From Eledone cirrhosa (taxonomy: Eukaryota), in assembly GCA_964016885.1 (NCBI GenBank), contig OZ024746.1:64790001-64854000 (forward strand): a DNA stretch of 64,000 nucleotides, given 5' to 3'. The notes beneath the pieces are model-generated. The model did not search any database and was not told where the DNA came from. It was given only the letters and a program-made list of their open reading frames with translations. Positions 23,201 through 38,200 of this stretch are shown here, piece after piece. How positions within the stretch are numbered: position 1 is the stretch's first letter; each line of letters opens with the position of its first letter. Position numbers and translations under genes: made by a program.

Positions 23201-26200
23201 CTCATATTCCTCTTACATTACCTCATATTCCTCTTACATTACCTCATATTCCTCTTACATTACCTCATATTCCTCTTACCTTACCTCATATTCCTCTTAC
23301 ATTACCTCATATTCCTCTTACATTACCTCATATTCCTCTTACATTACCTCATATTCCTCTTACATTATCTGATATTCCTCTTACATTATCTCATATTCCT
23401 CTTACATTACCTCATATTCCTCTTACATTACCTCATATTCCTCTTACATTACCTCATATTCCTCTTACATTACCTCATTTTCCTCTTACATTACCTCATA
23501 TTCCTCTTACATTACCTCATATTCCTCTTACATTACCTCATATTCCTCTTACATTCTCATATTCCTCTTACGTTACCTCATATTCCTCTTACATTACCTC
23601 ATATTCCTCTTACATTACCTCATATTCCTCTTACATTACCTCATATTCCTCTTACCTTACCTCATATTCCTCTTACATTACCTCATATTCCTCTTACATT
23701 ATCTCATATTTCTCTTACATTACCTCATATTCCTCTTACATTACCTCATATTCCTCTTACCTTACCTCATATTCCTCTTACATTACCTCATATTCCTCTT
23801 ACATTACCTCATATTCCTCTTACATTACCTCATATTCCTCTTACATTACCTCATATTCCTCTTACATTACCTCATATTCCTCTTACCTTAACTCATATTC
23901 CTCTTACATTACCTCATATTCCTCTTACCTTACCTCATGTTACTCTTACATTACCTCATATTCCTCTTACATTACCTCATATTCCTCTTACATTACCTCA
24001 TATTCCTCTTACATTACCTCATATTCCTCTTACATTACCTCATATTCCTCTTACATTACCTCATATTCCTCTTACATTACCTCATATTCCTCTTACCTTA
24101 CCTCATATTCCTCTTACATTACCTCATATTCCTCTTACATTACCTCATATTCCTCTTACATTACCTCATATTCCTCTTACATTACCTCATATTCCTCTTA
24201 CATTACCTCATATTCCTCTTACATTACCTCATATTCCTCTTACCTTACCTCATATTCCTCTTACATTACCTCATATTCCTCTTACATTACCTCATATTCC
24301 TCTTACATTACCTCATATTCCTCTTACATTATCTGATATTCCTCTTACATTATCTCATATTCCTCTTACATTACCTCATATTCCTCTTACATTACCTCAT
24401 ATTCCTCTTACATTACCTCATATTCCTCTTACATTACCTCATTTTCCTCTTACATTACCTCATATTCCTCTTACATTACCTCATATTCCTCTTACATTAC
24501 CTCATATTCCTCTTACATTCTCATATTCCTCTTACGTTACCTCATATTCCTCTTACATTACCTCATATTCCTCTTACATTACCTCATATTCCTCTTACAT
24601 TACCTCATATTCCTCTTACCTTACCTCATATTCCTCTTACATTACCTCATATTCCTCTTACATTATCTCATATTTCTCTTACATTACCTCATATTCCTCT
24701 TACATTACCTCATATTCCTCTTACATTACCTCATATTCCTCTTACATTACCTCATATTCCTCTTACATTACCTCATATTCCTCTTACCTTAACTCATATT
24801 CCTCTTACATTACCTCATATTCCTCTTACATTACCTCATATTCCTCTTACATTACCTCATATTCCTCTTACATTACCTCATATTCCTCTTACATTACCTC
24901 ATATTCCTCTTACATTACCTCATATTCCTCTTACATTACCTCATATTCCTCTTACATTACCTCATATTCCTCTTACATTACCTCATATTCCTCTTACATT
25001 ACCTCATATTCCTCTTACATTACCTCATATTCCTCTTACATTACCTCATATTCCTCTTACATTACCTCATATTCCTCTTACATTACCTCATATTCCTCTT
25101 ACATTACCTCATATTCCTCTTACATTACCTCATATTCCTCTTACATTACCTCATATTCCTCTTACATTACCTCATATTCCTCTTACATTACCTCATATTC
25201 CTCTTACATTACCTCATATTCCTCTTACATTACCTCATATTCCTCTTACATTACCTCATATTCCTCTTACATTACCTCATATTCCTCTTACATTACCTCA
25301 TATTCCTCTTACATTATCTGATATTCCTCTTACATTATCTCATATTCCTCTTACATTACCTCATATTCCTCTTACATTATCTCATATTCCTCTTACATTA
25401 CCTCATATTCCTCTTACATTACCTCATTTTCCTCTTACATTACCTCATATTCCTCTTACATTACCTCATATTCCTCTTACCTTACCTCATATTCCTCTTA
25501 CATTACCTCATATTCCTCTTACATTATCTCATATTCCTCTTACATTACCTCATATTCCTCTTACATTACCTCATATTCCTCTTACATTACCTCATATTCC
25601 TCTTACATTACCTCATTTTCCTCTTACATTACCTCATATTCCTCTTACATTACCTCATATTCCTCTTACATTACCTCATATTCCTCTTACATTATCTCAT
25701 ATTCCTCTTACGTTACCTCATATTCCTCTTACATTACCTCATATTCCTCTTACATTACCTCATATTCCTCTTACATTACCTCATATTCCTCTTACCTTAC
25801 CTCATATTCCTCTTACCTTACCTCATATTCTCTTACCTTACCTCATATTCCTCTTACCTTACCTCATATACCACTTTCATTACCTTATATTCCTCTTACA
25901 TTACCTCATATTCCTCTTACATTATCTCATATTCCTCTTACATTACCTGATATTCCTCTTACATTATCTCATATTCCTCTTACATTATCTCATATTCCTC
26001 TTACCTTACCTCATATTCCCCTTACATTACCTCATATTCCTCTTACCTTACCTCATATTCCTCTTACATTACCTCATATTCCTCTTACCTTAGCTCATAT
26101 TCCTCTTACATTACCTCATATTCCTCTTACATTACCTCATATTCTTCTTACCTTATCTCATATTCCTCTTACATTACCTCATGTTACTCTTACATTACCT

Positions 26201-29200
26201 CATATTACTCTTACATTACCTCATATTCCTCTTACATTACCTCGTATTCCCCTTACATTACCTCATATTCCTCTTACCTTACCTCATATTCCTCTTACCT
26301 TACCTCATATTCCCCTTACATTATCTCATATTCCTCTTACATTACCTCATATTCCTCTTACCTTACCTCATATTCCTCTTACATTACCTCATATTCCTCT
26401 TACCTTAGCTCATATTCCTCTTACATTACCTCATATTCCTCTTACCTTACCTCATATTCCTCTTACATTACCTCATATTCCTCTTACCTTAGCTCATATT
26501 CCTCTTACCTTACCTCATATTCCTCTTACCTTACCTTATATTCCTCTTACATTACCTCATATTCCTCTTACATTATCTCATATTCCTCTTACATTATCTC
26601 ATATTCCTCTTACATTACCTCATATTCCTCTTACCTTACCTCATATTCCTCTTACATTACCTCATATTCCTCTTACCTTACCTCATAATCCTCTTACATT
26701 ACCTCATATTCCTCTTACATTACCTCATATTCCTCTTACATTACCTCATATTCCTCTTACATTACCTCATATTCCTCTTACCTTACCTCATATTCCTCTT
26801 ACATTACCTCAAATTCCTCTTACATTACCTCATATTCCTCTTACATTACCTCATATTCCTCTTACATTACCTCATATTCCTCTTACCTTACCTCATATTC
26901 CTCTTACATTACCTCATATTCCTCTTACCTTACCTCATATTCCTCTTACATTACCTCATATTCCTCTTACATTACCTCATATTCCTCTTACATTACCTCA
27001 TATTCCTCTTACATTACCTCATATTCCTCTTACATTACCTCATATTCCTCTTACCTTAACTCATATTCCTCTTACATTACCTCATATTCCTCTTACATTA
27101 CCTCATATTCCTCTTACATTATCTGATATTCCTCTTACATTATCTCATATTCCTCTTACATTACCTCATATTCCTCTTACATTACCTCATATTCCTCTTA
27201 CATTACCTCATATTCCTCTTACATTACCTCATATTCCTCTTACATTACCTCATATTCCTCTTACATTATCTCATATTCCTCTTACGTTACCTCATATTCC
27301 TCTTACATTACCTCATATTCCTCTTACATTACCTCATATTCCTCTTACATTACCTCATATTCCTCTTACCTTACCTCATATTCCTCTTACACTACCTCAT
27401 ATTCCTCTTACATTATCTCATATTTCTCTTACATTTCCTCATATTCCTCTTACATTACCTCATATTCCTCTTACATTATCTCATATTCCTCTTACATTAC
27501 CTCATGTTACTCTTACATTACCTCATATTCCTCTTACCTTATCTCATATTCCTCTTACATTACCTCATGTTACTCTTACATTACCTCATATTCCTCTTAC
27601 ATTACCTCATATTCCTCTTACCTTATCTCATATTCCTCTTACATTACCTCATATTCCTCTTACATTACCTCGTATTCCTCTTACATTACCTCGTATTCCT
27701 CTTACATTACCTCATATTCCTCTTACCTTACCTAATATTCCTCTTACCTTAACTCATATTCCTCTTACATTACCTCATATTCCTCTTACATTACCTCATA
27801 TTCCTCTTACATTACCTCATATTCCTCTTACATTATCTCACGTTCCTCTTATCTTACCTCGTATTCCTCTTACCTTATCTCATATTCCTCTTACATTACC
27901 TCATATTCCTCTTACCTTACCTCATGTTACTCTTACATTACCTCATATTCCTCTTACATTACCTCATATTCCTCTTACATTACCTCATATTCCTCTTACA
28001 TTACCTCATATTCCTCTTACATTACCTCATATTCCTCTTACATTACCTCATATTCCTCTTACCTTACCTCATATTCCTCTTACATTACCTCATATTCCTC
28101 TTACCTTACCTCATATTCCTCTTACATTACCTCATATTCATTACCTCATATTCCTCTTACATTACCTCATATTCCTCTTACATTACCTCATATTCCTCTT
28201 ACATTACCTCATATTCCTCTTACATTACCTCATATTCCTCTTACATTACCTCATATTCCTCTTACCTTACCTCATATTCCTCTTACATACCTCATATTCC
28301 TCTTACATTACCTCATATTCCTCTTACACTACCTCATATTCCTCTTACATTACCTCATATTCCTCTTACATTACCTCATATTCCTCTTACATTATCTCAT
28401 ATTCCTCTTACATTATCTCATATTCCTCTTACATTACCTCATATTCCTCTTACCTTACCTCATATTCCTCTTACATTACCTCATATTCCTCTTACATTAT
28501 CTCATATTCCTCTTACATTACCTCATATTCCTCTTACATTACCTCATATTCCTCTTACATTACCTCATATTCCTCTTACATTACCTCATTTTCCTCTTAC
28601 ATTACCTCATATTCCTCTTACATTACCTCATATTCCTCTTACATTATCTCATATTCCTCTTACATTACCTCATATTCCTCTTACATTACCTCATATTCCT
28701 CTTACATTACCTCATATTCCTCTTACATTACATCATTTTCCTCTTACATTACCTCATATTCCTCTTACATTACCTCATATTCCTCTTACATTACCTCATA
28801 TTCCTCTTACATTATCTCATATTCCTCTTACGTTACCTCATATTCCTCTTACATTATCTCATATTCCTCTTACCTTACCTCATATTCCCCTTACATTACC
28901 TCATATTCCTCTTACCTTACCTCATATTCCTCTTACATTACCTCATATTCCTCTTACATTACCTCATTTTCCTCTTACATTACCTCATATTCCTCTTACA
29001 TTACCTCATATTCCTCTTACATTACCTCATATTCCTCTTACATTATCTCATATTCCTCTTACGTTACCTCATATTCCTCTTACATTACCTCATATTCCTC
29101 TTACATTACCTCATATTCCTCTTACATTACCTCATATTCCTCTTACATTACCTCATATTCCTCTTACCTTACCTCATATTCCTCTTACATTACCTCATAT

Positions 29201-32200
29201 TCCTCTTACATTATCTCATATTCCTCTTACATTACCTCATATTCCTCTTACCTTACCTCATATTCCTCTTACATTACCTCATTTTCCTCTTACATTACCT
29301 CATATTCCTCTTACATTACCTCATATTCCTCTTACATTATCTCATATTCCTCTTACGTTACCTCATATTCCTCTTACATTACCTCATATTCCTCTTACAT
29401 TACCTCATATTCCTCTTACATTACCTCATATTCCTCTTACCTTACCTCATATTCCTCTTACCTTACCTCATATTCCTCTTACCTTAGCTCATGTTCCTCT
29501 TACATTACCTCATATTCCTCTTACCTTACCTCATATTCCTCTTACCTTACCTCATATTCTCTTACCTTACCTCATATTCCTCTTACCTTACCTCATATTC
29601 CTCTTACATTACCTCATATTCCTCTTACCTTAGCTCATGTTCCTCTTACATTACCTCATATTCCTCTTACCTTACCTCATATTCCTCTTACATTACCTCA
29701 TATTCCTCTTACCTTACCTCATATTCCTCTTACCTTACCTCATATTCTCTTACCTTACCTCATATTCCTCTTACCTTACCTCATATTCCTCTTACATTAC
29801 CTCATATTCCTCTTACCTTAGCTCATGTTCCTCTTACATTACCTCATATTCTTCTTACCTTATCTCATATTCCTCTTACATTACCTCATATTACTCTTAC
29901 ATTACCTCATATTCCTCTTACATTACCGCGTATTCCCCTTACATTACCTCATATTCCTCTTACCTTACCTCATATTCCTCTTACCTTACCTCATATTCCC
30001 CTTACATTATCTCATATTCCTCTTACATTACCTCATATTCCTCTTACCTTACCTCATATTCCTCTTACATTACCTCATATTCCTCTTACCTTAGCTCATA
30101 TTCCTCTTACATTACCTCATATTCCTCTTACCTTACCTTATATTCCTCTTACATTACCTCATATTCCTCTTACATTATCTCATATTCCTCTTACATTATC
30201 TCATATTCCTCTTACATTACCTCATATTCCTCTTACCTTACCTCATATTCCTCTTACATTACCTCATATTCCTCTTACCTTACCTCATAATCCTCTTACA
30301 TTACCTCATATTCCTCTTACATTACCTCATATTCCTCTTACATTACCTCATATTCCTCTTACATTACCTCATATTCCTCTTACCTTACCTCATATTCCTC
30401 TTACATCACCTCATATTCCTCTTACATTACCTCATATTCCTCTTACATTACCTCATATTCCTCTTACATTACCTCATATTCCTCTTACATTACCTCATAT
30501 TCCTCTTACCTTACCTCATATTCCTCTTACCTTACCTCAAATTCCTCTTACATTACCTTATATTCCTCTTACATTACCTCATATTCCTCTTACATTACCT
30601 CATATTCCTCTTACATTACCTCATATTCCTCTTACATTACCTCATATTCCTCTTACCTTAACTCATATTCCTCTTACATTACCTCATATTCCTCTTACAT
30701 TACCTCATATTCCTCTTACATTACCTCATATTCCTCTTACATTACCTCATATTCCTCTTACATTATCTGATATTCCTCTTACATTCTCATATTCCTCTTA
30801 CATTACCTCATATTCCTCTTACATTACCTCATATTCCTCTTACATTACCTCATATTCCTCTTACATTATCTCATATTCCTCTTACGTTACCTCATATTCC
30901 TCTTACATTACCTAATATTCCTCTTACATTACCTCATATTCCTCTTACATTACCTCATATTCCTCTTACCTTACCTCATATTCCTCTTACATTACCTCAT
31001 ATTCCTCTTACATTATCTCATATTTCTCTTACATTACCTCATATTCCTCTTACATTACCTCATATTCCTCTTACCTTACGTCATATTCCTCTTACATTAC
31101 CTCATATTCCTCTTACATTACCTCATATTCCTCTTACATTACCTCATATTCCTCTTACATTACCTCATGTTACTCTTACATTACCTCATGTTACTCTTAC
31201 ATTACTTCATATTCCTCTTACATTACCTCATATTCCTCTTACCTTACCTTATATTCCTCTTACATTACCTCATATTCCTCTTACATTATCTCATATTCCT
31301 CTTACATTATCTCATATTCCTCTTACATTACCTCATATTCCTCTTACCTTACCTCATATTCCTCTTACATTACCTCATATTCCTCTTACCTTACCTCATA
31401 ATCCTCTTACATTACCTCATATTCCTCTTACATTACCTCATATTCCTCTTACATTACCTCATATTCCTCTTACCTTACCTCATATTCCTCTTACATTACC
31501 TCATATTCCTCTTACATTACCTCATATTCCTCTTACATTACCTCATATTCCTCTTACATTACCTCATATTCCTCTTACATTACCTCATATTCCTCTTACC
31601 TTACCTCATATTCCTCTTACATTACCTCATATTCCTCTTACCTTACCTCATATTCCTCTTACATTACCTCATATTCCTCTTACATTACCTCATATTCCTC
31701 TTACATTACCTCATATTCCTCTTACATTACCTCATATTCCTCTTACCTTAACTCATATTCCTCTTACATTACCTCATATTCCTCTTACATTACCTCATAT
31801 TCCTCTTACATTACCTCATATTCCTCTTACATTATCTGATATTCCTCTTACGTTATCTCATATTCCTCTTACATTACCTCATATTCCTCTTACATTACCT
31901 CATATTCCTCTTACATTACCTCATATTCCTCTTACATTATCTCATATTCCTCTTACGTTACCTCATATTCCTCTTACATTACCTCATATTCCTCTTACAT
32001 TATCTCATATTTCTCTTACATTACCTCATATTCCTCTTACATTACCTCATATTCCTCTTACATTACCTCATATTCCTCTTACATTACCTCATATTCCTCT
32101 TACATTACCTCATATTCCTCTTACCTTACCTCATATTCCTCTTACATTACCTCATATTCCTCTTACCTTACCTCATATTCCTCTTACATTACCTCATATT

Positions 32201-35200
32201 CATTACCTCATATTCCTCTTACATTACCTCATATTCCTCTTACATTACCTCATATTCCTCTTACATTACCTCATATTCCTCTTACCTTACCTCATATTCC
32301 TCTTACATACCTCATATTCCTCTTACATTACCTCATATTCCTCTTACATTACCTCATATTCCTCTTACATTACCTCATATTCCTCTTACATTACCTCATA
32401 TTCCTCTTACATTATCTCATATTCCTCTTACATTATCTCATATTCTCTTACATTACCTCATATTCCTCTTACATTACCTCATATTCCTCTTACATTACCT
32501 CATATTCCTCTTACATTACCTCATATTCCTCTTACATTATCTCACGTTCCTCTTATCTTACCTCGTATTCCTCTTACCTTATCTCATATTCCTCTTACAT
32601 TACCTCATATTCCTCTTACCTTACCTCATGTTACTCTTACATTACCTCATATTCCTCTTACATTACCTCATATTCCTCTTACATTACCTCATATTCCTCT
32701 TACATTACCTCATATTCCTCTTACATTACCTCATATTCCTCTTACATTACCTCATATTCCTCTTACCTTACCTCATATTCCTCTTACATTACCTCATATT
32801 CCTCTTACCTTACCTCATATTCCTCTTACATTACCTCATATTCATTACCTCATATTCCTCTTACATTACCTCATATTCCTCTTACATTACCTCATATTCC
32901 TCTTACATTACCTCATATTCCTCTTACATTACCTCATATTCCTCTTACATTACCTCATATTCCTCTTACCTTACCTCATATTCCTCTTACATACCTCATA
33001 TTCCTCTTACATTACCTCATATTCCTCTTACATTACCTCATATTCCTCTTACATTACCTCATATTCCTCTTACATTACCTCATATTCCTCTTACATTATC
33101 TCATATTCCTCTTACATTATCTCATATTCCTCTTACATTACCTCATATTCCTCTTACCTTACCTCATATTCCTCTTACATTACCTCATATTCCTCTTACA
33201 TTATCTCATATTCCTCTTACATTACCTCATATTCCTCTTACATTACCTCATATTCCTCTTACATTACCTCATATTCCTCTTACATTACCTCATTTTCCTC
33301 TTACATTACCTCATATTCCTCTTACATTACCTCATATTCCTCTTACATTACCTCATATTCCTCTTACATTATCTCATATTCCTCTTACGTTACCTCATAA
33401 TCCTCTTACATTATCTCATATTCCTCTTACCTTACCTCATATTCCCCTTACATTACCTCATATTCCTCTTACCTTACCTCATATTCCTCTTACATTACCT
33501 CATATTCCTCTTACATTACCTCATATTCCTCTTACATTACCTCATATTCCTCTTACATTATCTCATATTCCTCTTACATTATCTCATATTCCTCTTACAT
33601 TACCTCATATTCCTCTTACCTTACCTCATATTCCTCTTACATTACCTCATATTCCTCTTACATTATCTCATATTCCTCTTACATTACCTCATATTCCTCT
33701 TACATTACCTCATATTCCTCTTACATTACCTCATATTCCTCTTACATTACCTCATATTCCTCTTACATTACCTCATATTCCTCTTACCTTACCTCATATT
33801 CCTCTTACATTACCTCATATTCCTCTTACATTACCTCATATTCCTCTTACATTACCTCATATTCCTCTTACATTATCTGATATTCCTCTTACATTATCTC
33901 ATATTCCTCTTACATTACCTCATATTCCTCTTACATTACCTCATATTCCTCTTACATTACCTCATATTCCTCTTACATTACCTCATTTTCCTCTTACATT
34001 ACCTCATATTCCTCTTACATTACCTCATATTCCTCTTACATTACCTCATATTCCTCTTACATTCTCATATTCCTCTTACGTTACCTCATATTCCTCTTAC
34101 ATTACCTCATATTCCTCTTACATTACCTCATATTCCTCTTACATTACCTCATATTCCTCTTACCTTACCTCATATTCCTCTTACATTATCTCATATTCCT
34201 CTTACATTACCTCATATTCCTCTTACATTACCTCATATTCCTCTTACATTACCTCATTTTCCTCTTACATTACCTCATATTCCTCTTACATTACCTCATA
34301 TTCCTCTTACATTACCTCATATTCCTCTTACATTCTCATATTCCTCTTACGTTACCTCATATTCCTCTTACATTACCTCATATTCCTCTTACATTACCTC
34401 ATATTCCTCTTACATTACCTCATATTCCTCTTACATTACCTCATATTCCTCTTACATTATCTCATATTCCTCTTACATTACCTCATATTCCTCTTACATT
34501 ACCTCATGTTACTCTTACATTACCTCATATTCCTCTTACCTTATCTCATATTCCTCTTACATTACCTCATGTTACTCTTACATTACCTCATATTCCTCTT
34601 ACATTACCTCATATTCCTCTTACCTTATCTCATATTCCTCTTACATTACCTCATATTCCTCTTACATTACCTCGTATTCCTCTTACATTACCTCGTATTC
34701 CTCTTACATTACCTCATATTCCTCTTACCTTACCTAATATTCCTCTTACCTTAACTCATATTCCTCTTACATTACCTCATATTCCTCTTACATTACCTCA
34801 TATTCCTCTTACATTACCTCATATTCCTCTTACATTATCTCACGTTCCTCTTATCTTACCTCGTATTCCTCTTACCTTATCTCATATTCCTCTTACATTA
34901 CCTCATATTCCTCTTACCTTACCTCATGTTACTCTTACATTACCTCATATTCCTCTTACATTACCTCATATTCCTCTTACATTACCTCATATTCCTCTTA
35001 CATTACCTCATATTCCTCTTACATTACCTCATATTCCTCTTACCTTACCTCATATTCCTCTTACATTACCTCATATTCCTCTTACCTTACCTCATATTCC
35101 TCTTACATTACCTCATATTCCTCTTACATTACCTCATATTCCTCTTACATTACCTCATATTCCTCTTACATTACCTCATATTCCTCTTACCTTAACTCAT

Positions 35201-38200
35201 ATTCCTCTTACATTACCTCATATTCCTCTTACATTACCTCATATTCCTCTTACATTACCTCATATTCCTCTTACATTATCTGATATTCCTCTTACGTTAT
35301 CTCATATTCCTCTTACATTACCTCATATTCCTCTTACATTACCTCATATTCCTCTTACATTACCTCATATTCCTCTTACATTATCTCATATTCCTCTTAC
35401 GTTACCTCATATTCCTCTTACATTACCTCATATTCCTCTTACATTATCTCATATTTCTCTTACATTACCTCATATTCCTCTTACATTACCTCATATTCCT
35501 CTTACATTACCTCATATTCCTCTTACATTACCTCATATTCCTCTTACATTACCTCATATTCCTCTTACCTTACCTCATATTCCTCTTACATTACCTCATA
35601 TTCCTCTTACCTTACCTCATATTCCTCTTACATTACCTCATATTCATTACCTCATATTCCTCTTACATTACCTCATATTCCTCTTACATTACCTCATATT
35701 CCTCTTACATTACCTCATATTCCTCTTACCTTACCTCATATTCCTCTTACATACCTCATATTCCTCTTACATTACCTCATATTCCTCTTACATTACCTCA
35801 TATTCCTCTTACATTACCTCATATTCCTCTTACATTACCTCATATTCCTCTTACATTATCTCATATTCCTCTTACATTATCTCATATTCTCTTACATTAC
35901 CTCATATTCCTCTTACATTACCTCATATTCCTCTTACATTACCTCATATTCCTCTTACATTACCTCATATTCCTCTTACATTATCTCACGTTCCTCTTAT
36001 CTTACCTCGTATTCCTCTTACCTTATCTCATATTCCTCTTACATTACCTCATATTCCTCTTACCTTACCTCATGTTACTCTTACATTACCTCATATTCCT
36101 CTTACATTACCTCATATTCCTCTTACATTACCTCATATTCCTCTTACATTACCTCATATTCCTCTTACATTACCTCATATTCCTCTTACATTACCTCATA
36201 TTCCTCTTACCTTACCTCATATTCCTCTTACATTACCTCATATTCCTCTTACCTTACCTCATATTCCTCTTACATTACCTCATATTCATTACCTCATATT
36301 CCTCTTACATTACCTCATATTCCTCTTACATTACCTCATATTCCTCTTACATTACCTCATATTCCTCTTACATTACCTCATATTCCTCTTACATTACCTC
36401 ATATTCCTCTTACCTTACCTCATATTCCTCTTACATACCTCATATTCCTCTTACATTACCTCATATTCCTCTTACATTACCTCATATTCCTCTTACATTA
36501 CCTCATATTCCTCTTACATTACCTCATATTCCTCTTACATTATCTCATATTCCTCTTACATTATCTCATATTCCTCTTACATTACCTCATATTCCTCTTA
36601 CCTTACCTCATATTCCTCTTACATTACCTCATATTCCTCTTACATTATCTCATATTCCTCTTACATTACCTCATATTCCTCTTACATTACCTCATATTCC
36701 TCTTACATTACCTCATATTCCTCTTACATTACCTCATTTTCCTCTTACATTACCTCATATTCCTCTTACATTACCTCATATTCCTCTTACATTACCTCAT
36801 ATTCCTCTTACATTATCTCATATTCCTCTTACATTACCTGATATTCCTCTTACATTACCTCATATTCCTCTTACCTTACCTCATATTCCTCTTACATTAC
36901 CTTATATTCCTCTTACATTACCTCATATTCCTCTTACCTTACCTCATATTCCTCTTACATTACCTCATATTCCTCTTACCTTACCTCATATTCCTCTTAC
37001 CTTACCTCATATTCTCTTACCTTACCTCATATTCCTCTTACCTTACCTCATATACCACTTTCATTACCTTATATTCCTCTTACATTACCTCATATTCCTC
37101 TTACATTATCTCATATTCCTCTTACCTTACCTCATATTCCCCTTACATTACCTCATATTCCTCTTACCTTACCTCATATTCCTCTTACATTACCTCATAT
37201 TCCTCTTACCTTAGCTCATATTCCTCTTACATTACCTCATATTCCTCTTACATTACCTCATATTCTTCTTACCTTATCTCATATTCCTCTTACATTACCT
37301 CATGTTACTCTTACATTACCTCATATTACTCTTACATTACCTCATATTCCTCTTACATTACCTCGTATTCCCCTTACATTACCTCATATTCCTCTTACCT
37401 TACCTCATATTCCTCTTACCTTACCTCATATTCCCCTTACATTATCTCATATTCCTCTTACATTACCTCATATTCCTCTTACCTTACCTCATATTCCTCT
37501 TACATTACCTCATATTCCTCTTACCTTAGCTCATATTCCTCTTACATTACCTCATATTCCTCTTACCTTACCTCATATTCCTCTTACATTACCTCATATT
37601 CCTCTTACCTTAGCTCATATTCCTCTTACCTTACCTCATATTCCTCTTACCTTACCTTATATTCCTCTTACATTACCTCATATTCCTCTTACATTATCTC
37701 ATATTCCTCTTACATTATCTCATATTCCTCTTACATTACCTCATATTCCTCTTACCTTACCTCATATTCCTCTTACATTACCTCATATTCCTCTTACCTT
37801 ACCTCATAATCCTCTTACATTACCTCATATTCCTCTTACATTACCTCATATTCCTCTTACATTACCTCATATTCCTCTTACATTACCTCATATTCCTCTT
37901 ACCTTACCTCATATTCCTCTTACATTACCTCATATTCCTCTTACATTACCTCATATTCCTCTTACATTACCTCATATTCCTCTTACATTACCTCATATTC
38001 CTCTTACCTTACCTCATATTCCTCTTACATTACCTCATATTCCTCTTACCTTACCTCATATTCCTCTTACATTACCTCATATTCCTCTTACATTACCTCA
38101 TATTCCTCTTACATTACCTCATATTCCTCTTACATTACCTCATATTCCTCTTACATTACCTCATATTCCTCTTACCTTAACTCATATTCCTCTTACATTA

